Shown here: one piece after another, positions 1 through 11,600 of the stretch
Position numbering within the stretch: position 1 is the first letter of the stretch
Layout: every line of letters begins with the position of its first letter
NCBI GenBank assembly: GCA_964057225.1
Contig: OZ059897.1
Coordinates: 22,320,001 to 22,384,000 of the forward strand
Origin: Auanema rhodensis
Taxonomy: Eukaryota > Animalia > Nematoda
Length of the DNA stretch: 64,000 nt
Reading direction: 5' to 3'
Program-made: the position numbers and the translations under genes
The notes under the pieces: generated by a model
The model's database searches: none
What the model saw: the letters and a program-made list of their open reading frames with translations, nothing else
Told to the model about the DNA's origin: nothing

Positions 1-176
1 AAAGATAAAGAGATGCGGTTTTCAAAATTAGATTCCCCATGTCCATATTAGTCTAAAAACAAATTTTTATTGATATTGGTTCATGGTAACCATGACTTTG
101 AAATTTACGTGAACTTTAATTTATGCTAATTAAATGTACACGTGATGTGCACTTGGTATGTAACTCGCTTCACGTG
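1..176 (+). repeat. Consensus-type monomer (176 bp, 56 G+C); putative centromeric or pericentromeric satellite unit
   Basis: Length and composition are seen directly. The centromeric role is inferred from nucleosome-plus-linker unit size, AT richness, very high homogeneity and an array longer than 64 kb. The family is not recognised. Confidence 0.6.
81..95. other. 15-bp dyad TCATGGT-A-ACCATGA present in most monomers (contains the BstEII site GGTNACC; RFX/X-box half-site-like GTTACCATG on the - strand)
   Basis: Perfect 7-bp arms around a single A. Protein binding is not demonstrated. Confidence 0.7.
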
Positions 177-178
177 AA
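135..178. other. Cluster of short palindromes: TGTACA (135-140), CACGTG (139-144), GTGCAC (147-152), TTCACGTGAA (169-178); two canonical E-box/G-box cores per monomer
   Basis: Read directly from monomer 1 and repeated almost without change through the array. Function is unknown. Confidence 0.7.
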
Positions 179-2112
179 AGATAAAGAGATGCGGTTTTCA
201 AAATTAGATTCCCCATGTCCATATTAGTCTATAAACAAATTTTTATTGATATTGGTTCATGGTAACCATGACTTTGAAATTTACGTGAACTTTAATTTAT
301 GCTAATTAAATGTACACGTGATGTGCACTTGGTATGTAACTCGCTTCACGTGAAAGATAAAGAGATGCGGTTTTCAAAATTAGATTCCCCATGTCCATAT
401 TAGTCTAAAAACAAATTTTTATTGATATTGGTTCATGGTAACCATGACTTTGAAATTTACGTGAACTTTAATTTATGCTAATTAAATGTACACGTGATGT
501 GCACTTGGTATGTAACTCGCTTCACGTGAAAGATAAAGAGATGCGGTTTTCAAAATTAGATTCCCCATGTCCATATTAGTCTAAAAACAAATTTTTATTG
601 ATACTGGTTCATGGTAACCATGACTTTGAAATTTACGTGAACTTTAATTTATGCTAATTAAATGTACACGTGATGTGCACTTGGTATGTAACTCGCTTCA
701 CGTGAAAGATAAAGAGATGCGGTTTTCAAAATTAGATTCCCCATGTCCATATTAGTCTATAAACAAATTTTTATTGATATTGGTTCATGGTAACCATGAC
801 TTTGAAGTTTACGTGAACTTTAATTTATGCTAATTAAATGTACACGTGATGTGCACTTGGTATGTAACTCGCTTCACGTGAAAGATAAAGAGATGCGGTT
901 TTCAAAATTAGATTCCCCATGTCCATATTAGTCTAAAAACAAATTTTTATTGATATTGGTGCATGGTAACCATGACTTTGAAATTTACGTGAACTTTAAT
1001 TTATGCTAATTAAATGTACACGTGATGTGCACTTGGTATGTAACTCGCTTCACGTGAAAGATAAAGAGATGCGGTTCTCAAAATTAGATTCCCCATGTCC
1101 ATATTAGTCTAAAAACAAATTTTTCGTGATATTGGTTCATGGTAACCATGACTTTGAAATTTACGTGAACTTTAATTTATGCTAATTAAATGTACACGTG
1201 ATGTGCACTTGGTATGTAACTCGCTTCACGTGAAAGATAAAGAGATGCGGTTTTCAAAATTAGATTCCCCATGTCCATATTAGTCTAAAAACAAATTTTT
1301 ATTGATATTGGTTCATGGTAACCATGACTTTGAAATTTACGTGAACTTTAATTTATGCTAATTAAATGTACACGTGATGTGCACTTGGTATGTAACTCGC
1401 TTCACGTGAAAGATAAAGAGATGCGGTTTTCAAAATTAGATTCCCCATGTCCATATTAGTCTAAAAACAAATTTTTATTGATATTGGTTAATGGTAACCA
1501 TGACTTTGAAATTTACGTGAACTTTAATTTATGCTAATTAAATGTACACGTGATGTGCACTTGGTATGTAACTCGCTTCACGTGAAAGATAAAGAGATGC
1601 GGTTTTCAAAATTAGATTCCCCATGTCCATATTAGTCTAAAAACAAATTTTTATTGATATTGGTTCATGGTAACCATGACTTTGAAATTTACGTGAACTT
1701 TAATTTATGCTAATTAAATGTACACGTGATGTGCACTTGGTATGTAACTCGCTTCACGTGAAAGATAAAGAGATGCGGTTTTCAAAACTAGATTCCCCAT
1801 GTCCATATTAATCTAAAAACAAATTTTTATTGATATTGGTTCATGGTAACCATGACTTTGAAATTTACGTGAACTTTAATTTATGCTAATTAAATGTACA
1901 CGTGATGTGCACTTGGTATGTAACTCGCTTCACGTGAAAGATAAAGAGATGCGGTTTTCATAATTAGATTCCCTATGTCCATATTAGTCTAAAAACAAAT
2001 TTTTATTGATATTGGTTCATGGTAACCATGACTTTGAAATTTACGTGAACTTTAATTTATGCTAATTAAATGTACACGTGATGTGCACTTGGTATGTAAC
2101 TCGCTTCACGTG

Positions 2113-4224
2113 AAAGATAAAGAGATGCGGTTTTCAAAATTAGATTCCCCATGGTCATATTAGTCTAAAAACAAATTTTTATTGATATTGCTTCATGGTA
2201 ACCATGACTTTGAAATTTACGTGAACTTTAATTTATGCTAATTAAATGTACACGTGATGTGCACTTGGTATGTAACTCGCTTCACGTGAAAGATAAAGAG
2301 ATGCGGTTTTCAAAACTAGATTCCCCATGTCCATATTAGTCTAAAAACAAATTTTTATTGATATTGGTTCATGGTAACCATGACTTTGAAATTTACGTGA
2401 ACTTTAATTTATGCTAATTAAATGTACACGTGATGTGCACTTGGTATGTAACTCGCTTCACGTGAAAGATAAAGAGATGCGGTTTTCATAATTAGATTCC
2501 CTATGTCCATATTAGTCTAAAAACAAATTTTTATTGATATTGGTTCATGGTAACCATGACTTTGAAATTTACGTGAACTTTAATTTATGCTAATTAAATG
2601 TACACGTGATGTGCACTTGGTATGTAACTCGCTTCACGTGAAAGATAAAGAGATGCGGTTTTCAAAATTAGATTCCCCATGTCCATATTAGTCTAAAAAC
2701 AAATTTTTATTGATATTGGTTCATGGTAACCATGACTTTGAAATTTACGTGAACTTTAATTTATGCTAATTAAATGTACACGTGATGTGCACTTGGTATG
2801 TAACTCGCTTCACGTGAAAGATAAAGAGATGCGGTTTTCAAAATTAGATTCCCCATGTCCATATTAGTCTAAAAACAAATTTTTATTGATATTGCTTCAT
2901 GGTAACCATGACTTTGAAATTTACGTGAACTTTAATTTATGCTAATTAAATGTACACGTGATGTGCACTTGGTATGTAACTCGCTTCACGTGAAAGATAA
3001 AGAGATGCGGTTTTCAAAATTAGATTCCTCATGTCCATATTAGTCTAAAAACAAATTTTTATTGATATTGGTTCATGGTAACCATGACTTTGAAATTTAC
3101 GTGAACTTTAATTTATGCTAATTAAATGTACACGTGATGTGCACTTGGTATGTAACTCGCTTCACGTGAAAGATAAAGAGATGCGGTTTTCAAAATTAGA
3201 TTCCCCATGGTCATATTAGTCTAAAAACAAATTTTTATTGATATTGCTTCATGGTAACCATGACTTTGAAATTTACGTGAACTTTAATTTATGCTAATTA
3301 AATGTACACGTGATGTGCACTTGGTATGTAACTCGCTTCACGTGAAAGATAAAGAGATGCGGTTTTCAAAACTAGATTCCCCATGTCCATATTAGTCTAA
3401 AAACAAATTTTTATTGATATTGGTTCATGGTAACCATGACTTTGAAATTTACGTGAACTTTAATTTATGCTAATTAAATGTACACGTGATGTGCACTTGG
3501 TATGTAACTCGCTTCACGTGAAAGATAAAGAGATGCGGTTTTCATAATTAGATTCCCTATGTCCATATTAGTCTAAAAACAAATTTTTATTGATATTGGT
3601 TCATGGTAACCATGACTTTGAAATTTACGTGAACTTTAATTTATGCTAATTAAATGTACACGTGATGTGCACTTGGTATGTAACTCGCTTCACGTGAAAG
3701 ATAAAGAGATGCGGTTTTCAAAATTAGATTCCCCATGTCCATATTAGTCTAAAAACAAATTTTTATTGATATTGGTTCATGGTAACCATGACTTTGAAAT
3801 TTACGTGAACTTTAATTTATGCTAATTAAATGTACACGTGATGTGCACTTGGTATGTAACTCGCTTCACGTGAAAGATAAAGAGATGCGGTTTTCAAAAT
3901 TAGATTCCCCATGTCCATATTAGTCTAAAAACAAATTTTTATTGATATTGCTTCATGGTAACCATGACTTTGAAATTTACGTGAACTTTAATTTATGCTA
4001 ATTAAATGTACACGTGATGTGCACTTGGTATGTAACTCGCTTCACGTGAAAGATAAAGAGATGCGGTTTTCAAAATTAGATTCCCCATGTCCATATTAGT
4101 CTAAAAACAAATTTTTATTGATATTGGTTCATGGTAACCATGACTTTGAAATTTACGTGAACTTTAATTTATGCTAATTAAATGTACACGTGATGTGCAC
4201 TTGGTATGTAACTCGCTTCACGTG
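2113..4224 (+). repeat. 6-monomer (1056 bp) higher-order duplication
   Basis: Rare variants recur at +1056: CATGGTC (2154/3210), AAACTAG (2316/3372), TTCATAAT with CCCTAT (2489/3545). Confidence 0.85.
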
Positions 4225-6512
4225 AAAGATAAAGAGATGCGGTTTTCAAAATTAGATTCCCCATGTCCATATTAGTCTAAAAACAAATTTTTATTGATAT
4301 TGCTTCATGGTAACCATGACTTTGAAGTTTACGTGAACTTTAATTTATGCTAATTAAATGTACACGTGATGTGCACTTGGTATGTAACTCGCTTCACGTG
4401 AAAGATAAAGAGATGCGGTTTTCAAAATTAGATTCCCCATGTCCATATTAGTCTAAAAACAAATTTTTATTGATATTGGTTCATGGTAACCATGACTTTG
4501 AAATTTACGTGAACTTTAATTTATGCTAATTAAATGTACACGTGATGTGCACTTGGTATGTAACTCGCTTCACGTGAAAGATAAAGAGATGCGGTTTTCA
4601 AAATTAGATTCCCCATGTCCATATTAGTCTAAAAACAAATTTTTATTGATATTGCTTCATGGTAACCATGACTTTGAAATTTACGTGAACTTTAATTTAT
4701 GCTAATTAAATGTACACGTGATGTGCACTTGGTATGTAACTCGCTTCACGTGAAAGATAAAGAGATGCGGTTTTCAAAATTAGATTCCCCATGTCCATAT
4801 TAGTCTAAAAACAAATTTTTATTGATATTGGTTCATGGTAACCATGACTTTGAAATTTACGTGAACTTTAATTTATTCTAATTAAATGTACACGTGATGT
4901 GCACTTGGTATGTAACTCGCTTCACGTGAAAGATAAAGAGATGCGGTTTTCAAAATTAGATTTCCCATGTCCATATTAGTCTAAAAACAAATTTTTATTG
5001 ATATTGGTTCATGGTAACCATGACTTTGAAATTTACGTGAACTTTAATTTATGCTAATTAAATGTACACGTGATGTGCACTTGGTATGTAACTCGCTTCA
5101 CGTGAAAGATAAAGAGATGCGGTTTTCAAAATTAGATTCCCCATGTCCATATTAGTCTAAAAACAAATTTTTATTGATATTGGTTCATGGTAACCATGAC
5201 TTTGAAATTTACGTGAACTTTAATTTATGCTATTTAAATGTACACGTGATGTGCACTTGGTATGTAACTCGCTTCACGTGAAAGATAAAGAGATGCGGTT
5301 TTCAAAATTAGATTCCCCATGTCCATATTAGTCTAAAAACAAATTTTTATTGATATTGCTTCATGGTAACCATGACTTTGAAATTTACGTGAACTTTAAT
5401 TTATGCTAATTAAATGTACACGTGATGTGCACTTGGTATGTAACTCGCTTCACGTGAAAGATAAAGAGATGCGGTTTTCAAAATTAGATTCCCCATGTCC
5501 ATATTAGTCTAAAAACAAATTTTTATTGATATTAGTTCATGGTAACCATGACTTTGAAATTTACGTGAACTTTAATTTATGCTAATTAAATGTACACGTG
5601 ATGTGCACTTGGTATGTAACTCGCTTCACGTGAAAGATAAAGAGATGCGGTTTTCAAAATTAGATTCCCCATGTCCATATTAGTCTAAAAACAAATTTTT
5701 ATTGATATTGGTGCATGGTAATCATGACTTTGAAATTTACGTGAACTTTAATTTATGCTAATTAAATGTACACGTGATGTGCACTTGGTATGTAACTCGC
5801 TTCACGTGAAAGATAAAGAGATGCGGTTTTCAAAATTAGATTTCCCATGTCCATATTAGTCTAAAAACAAATTTTTATTGATATTGCTTCATGGTAACCA
5901 TGACTTTGAAGTTTACGTGAACTTTAATTTATGCTAATTAAATGTACACGTGATGTGCACTTGGTATGTAACTCGCTTCACGTGAAAGATAAAGAGATGC
6001 GGTTTTCAAAATTAGATTCCCCATGTCCATATTAGTCTAAAAACAAATTTTTATTGATATTGCTTCATGGTAACCATGACTTTGAAATTTACGTGAACTT
6101 TAATTTATGCTAATTAAATGTACACGTGATGTGCACTTGGTATGTAACTCGCTTCACGTGAAAGATAAAGAGATGCGGTTTTCAAAATTAGATTCCCCAT
6201 GTCCATATTAGTCTAAAAACAAATTTTTATTGATATTAGTTCATGGTAACCATGACTTTGAAATTTACGTGAACTTTAATTTATGCTAATTAAATGTACA
6301 CGTGATGTGCACTTGGTATGTAACTCGCTTCACGTGAAAGATAAAGAGATGCGGTTTTCAAAATTAGATTCCCCATGTCCATATTAGTCTAAAAACAAAT
6401 TTTTATTGATATTGATGCATGGTAACCATGACTTTGAAATTTACGTGAACTTTAATTTATGCTAATTAAATGTACACGTGATGTGCACTTGGTATGTAAC
6501 TCGCTTCACGTG

Positions 6513-8624
6513 AAAGATAAAGAGATGCGGTTTTCAAAATTAGATTCCCCATGTCCATATTAGTCTAAAAACAAATTTTTATTGATATTGGTTCATGGTA
6601 ACCATGACTTTGAAATTTACGTGTACTTTAATTTATGCTAATTAAATGTACACGTGATGTGCACTTGGTATGTAACTCGCTGCACGTGAGAGATAAAGAG
6701 ATGCGGTTTTCAAAATTAGATTCCCCATGTCCATATTAGTCTAAAAACAAATTTTTATTGATATTGCTTCATGGTAACCATGACTTTGAAGTTTACGTGA
6801 ACTTTAATTTATGCTAATTAAATGTACACGTGATGTGCACTTGGTATGTAACTCGCTTCACGTGAAAGATAAAGAGATGCGGTTTTCAAAATTAGATTCA
6901 CCATGTCCATATTAGTCTAAAAACAAATTTTTATTGATATTGGTTCATGGTAACCATGACTTTGAAATTTACGTGAACTTTAATTTATGCTAATTAAATG
7001 TACACGTGATGTGCACTTGGTATGTAACTCGCTTCACGTGAAAGATAAAGAGATGCGGTTTTCAAAATTAGATTCCCCATGTCCATATTAGTCTAAAAAC
7101 GAATTTTTATTGATATTGGTGCATGGTAACCATGACTTTGAAATTTACGTGAACTTTAATTTATGCTAATTAAATGTACACGTGATGTGCACTTGGTATG
7201 TAACTCGCTTCACGTGAAAGATAAAGAGATGCGGTTTTCAAAATTAGATTCCCCATGTCCATATTAGTCTAAAAACAAATTTTTATTGATATTGGTTCAT
7301 GGTAACCATGACTTTGAAATTTACGTGAACTTTAATTTATGCTAATTAAATGTACACGTGATGTGCACTTGGTATGTAACTCGCTTCACGTGAGAGATAA
7401 AGAGATGCGGTTTTCAAAATTAGATTCCCCATGTCCATATTAGTCTAAAAACAAATTTTTATTGATATTGGTTCATGGTAACCATGACTTTGAAATTTAC
7501 GTGAACTTTAATTTATGCTAATTAAATGTACACGTGATGTGCACTTGGTATGTAACTCGCTTCACGTGAGAGATAAAGAGATGCGGTTTTCAAAATTAGA
7601 TTCCCCATGTCCATATTAGTCTAAAAACAAATTTTTATTGATATTGCTTCATGGTAACCATGACTTTGAAGTTTACGTGAACTTTAATTTATGCTAATTA
7701 AATGTACACGTGATGTGCACTTGGTATGTAACTCGCTTCACGTGAAAGATAAAGAGATGCGGTTTTCAAAATTAGATTCCCCATGTCCATATTAGTCTAA
7801 AAACAAATTTTTATTGATATTGGTTCATGGTAACCATGACTTTGAAATTTACGTGTACTTTAATTTATGCTAATTAAATGTACACGTGATGTGCACTTGG
7901 TATGTAACTCGCTGCACGTGAGAGATAAAGAGATGCGGTTTTCAAAATTAGATTCCCCATGTCCATATTAGTCTAAAAACAAATTTTTATTGATATTGCT
8001 TCATGGTAACCATGACTTTGAAGTTTACGTGAACTTTAATTTATGCTAATTAAATGTACACGTGATGTGCACTTGGTATGTAACTCGCTTCACGTGAAAG
8101 ATAAAGAGATGCGGTTTTCAAAATTAGATTCACCATGTCCATATTAGTCTAAAAACAAATTTTTATTGATATTGGTTCATGGTAACCATGACTTTGAAAT
8201 TTACGTGAACTTTAATTTATGCTAATTAAATGTACACGTGATGTGCACTTGGTATGTAACTCGCTTCACGTGAAAGATAAAGAGATGCGGTTTTCAAAAT
8301 TAGATTCCCCATGTCCATATTAGTCTAAAAACAAATTTTTATTGATATTGGTGCATGGTAACCATGACTTTGAAATTTACGTGAACTTTAATTTATGCTA
8401 ATTAAATGTACACGTGATGTGCACTTGGTATGTAACTCGCTTCACGTGAAAGATAAAGAGATGCGGTTTTCAAAATTAGATTCCCCATGTCCATATTAGT
8501 CTAAAAACAAATTTTTATTGATATTGGTTCATGGTAACCATGACTTTGAAATTTACGTGAACTTTAATTTATGCTAATTAAATGTACACGTGATGTGCAC
8601 TTGGTATGTAACTCGCTTCACGTG
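6513..8624 (+). repeat. 7-monomer-offset (1232 bp) higher-order duplication
   Basis: GTGTACTT (6624/7856), GCTGCACGTGAG (6682/7914) and ATTCACC (6900/8132) all recur at +1232. Confidence 0.85.
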
Positions 8625-11600
8625 AAAGATAAAGAGATGCGGTTTTCAAAATTAGATTTCCCATGTCCATATTAGTCTAAAAACAAATTTTTATTGATAT
8701 TGGTTCATGGTAACCATGACTTTGAAATTTACGTGAACTTTAATTTATGCTAATTAAATGTACACGTGATGTGCACTTGGTATGTAACTCGCTTCACGTG
8801 AAAGATAAAGAGATGCGGTTTTCAAAATTAGATTCCCCATGTCCATATTAGTCTAAAAACAAATTTTTATTGATATTGCTTCATGGTAACCATGACTTTG
8901 AAGTTTACGTGAACTTTATTTTATGCTAATTAAATGTACACGTGATGTGCACTTGGTATGTAACTCGCTTCACGTGAAAGATAAAGAGATGCGGTTTTCA
9001 AAATTAGATTCCCCATGTCCATATTAGTCTAAAAACAAATTTTTATTGATATTGGTTCATGGTAACCATGACTTTGAAATTTACGTGAACTTTAATTTAT
9101 GCTAATTAAATGTACACGTGATGTGCACTTGGTATGTAACTCGCTTCACGTGAAAGATAAAGAGATGCGGTTTTCAAAATTAGATTCCCCATGTCCATAT
9201 TAGTCTAAAAACAAATTTTTATTGATATTGCTTCATGGTAACCATGACTTTGAAATTTACGTGAACTTTAATTTATGCTAATTAAATGTACACGTGATGT
9301 GCACTTGGTATGTAACTCGCTTCACGTGAAAGATAAAGAGATGCGGTTTTCAAAATTAGATTCCCCATGTCCATATTAGTCTAAAAACAAATTTTTATTG
9401 ATATTGCTTCATGGTAACCATGACTTTGAAATTTACGTGAACTTTAATTTATGCTAATTAAATGTACACGTGATGTGCACTTGGTATGTAACTCGCTTCA
9501 CGTGAAAGATAAAGAGATGCGGTTTTCACAATTAGATTCCCCATGTCCATATTAGTCTAAAAACAAATTTTTATTGATATTAGTTCATGGTAACCATGAC
9601 TTTGAAATTTACGTGAACTTTAATTTATGTTAATTAAATGTACACGTGATGTGCACTTGGTATGTAACTCGCTTCACGTGAAAGATAAAGAGATGCGGTT
9701 TTCAAAATTAGATTCCCCATGTCCATATTAGTCTAAAAACAAATTTTTATTGATATTGGTGCATGGTAACCATGACTTTGAAATTTACGTGAACTTTAAT
9801 TTATGCTAATTAAATGTACACGTGATGTGCACTTGGTATGTAACTCGCTTCACGTGAAAGATAAAGAGATGCGGTTTTCAAAATTAGATTCCCCATGTCC
9901 ATATTAGTCTAAAAACAAATTTTTATTGATATTGCTTCATGGTAACCATGACTTTGAAGTTTACGTGAACTTTAATTTATGCTAATTAAATGTACACGTG
10001 ATGTGCACTTGGTATGTAACTCGCTTCACGTGAAAGATAAAGAGATGCGGTTTTCAAAATTAGATTCCCCATGTCCATATTAGTCTAAAAACAAATTTTT
10101 ATTGATATTGGTTCATGGTAACCATGACTTTGAAATTTACGTGAACTTTAATTTATGCTAATTAAATGTACACGTGATGTGCACTTGGTATGTAACTCGC
10201 TTCACGTGAAAGATAAAGAGATGCGGTTTTCAAAATTAGATTCCTCATGTCCATATTAGTCTAAAAACAAATTTTTATTGATATTGCTTCATGGTAACCA
10301 TGACTTTGAAATTTACGTGAACTTTAATTTATGCTAATTAAATGTACACGTGATGTGCACTTGGTATGTAACTCGCTTCACGTGAAAGATAAAGAGATGC
10401 GGTTTTCAAAATTAGATTCCCCATGTCCATATTAGTCTAAAAACAAATTTTTATTGATATTGGTTCATGGTAACCATGACTTTGAAATTTACGTGAACTT
10501 TAATTTATGCTAATTAAATGTACACGTGATGTGCACTTGGTATGTAACTCGCTTCACGTGAAAGATAAAGAGATGCGGTTTTCAAAATTAGATTTCCCAT
10601 GTCCATATTAGTCTAAAAACAAATTTTTATTGATATTGGTTCATGGTAACCATGACTTTGAAATTTACGTGAACTTTAATTTATGCTAATTAAATGTACA
10701 CGTGATGTGCACTTGGTATGTAACTCGCTTCACGTGAAAGATAAAGAGATGCGGTTTTCAAAATTAGATTCCCCATGTCCATATTAGTCTAAAAACAAAT
10801 TTTTATTGATATTGCTTCATGGTAACCATGACTTTGAAGTTTACGTGAACTTTAATTTATGCTAATTAAATGTACACGTGATGTGCACTTGGTATGTAAC
10901 TCGCTTCACGTGAAAGATAAAGAGATGCGGTTTCCAAAATTAGATTTCCCATGTCCATATTAGTCTAAAAACAAATTTTTATTGATATTGGTTCATGGTA
11001 ACCATGACTTTGAAATTTACGTGAACTTTAATTTATGCTAATTAAATGTACACGTGATGTGCACTTGGTATGTAACTCGCTTCACGTGAAAGATAAAGAG
11101 ATGCGGTTTTCAAAATTAGATTCCCCATGTCCATATTAGTCTAAAAACAAATTTTTATTGATATTGCTTCATGGTAACCATGACTTTGAAATTTACGTGA
11201 ACTTTAATTTATGCTAATTAAATGTACACGTGATGTGCACTTGGTATGTAACTCGCTTCACGTGAAAGATAAAGAGATGCGGTTTTCAAAATTAGATTCC
11301 CCATGTCCATATTAGTCTAAAAACAAATTTTTATTGATATTGCTTCATGGTAACCATGACTTTGAAATTTACGTGAACTTTAATTTATGCTAATTAAATG
11401 TACACGTGATGTGCACTTGGTATGTAACTCGCTTCACGTGAAAGATAAAGAGATGCGGTTTTCAAAATTAGATTCCCCATGTCCATATTAGTCTAAAAAC
11501 AAATTTTTATTGATATTAGTTCATGGTAACCATGACTTTGAAATTTACGTGAACTTTAATTTATGTTAATTAAATGTACACGTGATGTGCACTTGGTATG

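Noticed and set aside
1-176. Assignment to Brassica CentBr (176 bp), Arabidopsis CEN178 or primate alpha satellite (171 bp)
   Set aside because: Only the length is similar. The sequence does not resemble those consensuses as I recall them. A BLAST, Dfam or Repbase search is needed to name the family.
1-176. CENP-B box
   Set aside because: There is no TTCGNNNNANNCGGG core on either strand. The GATTCGG variant gives TTCG but no downstream CGGG.
1-176. Tandem 5S rRNA, tRNA or snRNA gene unit
   Set aside because: It is too AT-rich, and I recognised no 5S, cloverleaf or box A/B/C motifs.
226-240. TATA box created by the CTATAAAC variant
   Set aside because: It is a single A>T substitution in an AT-rich repeat, with no supporting promoter context or transcript evidence.
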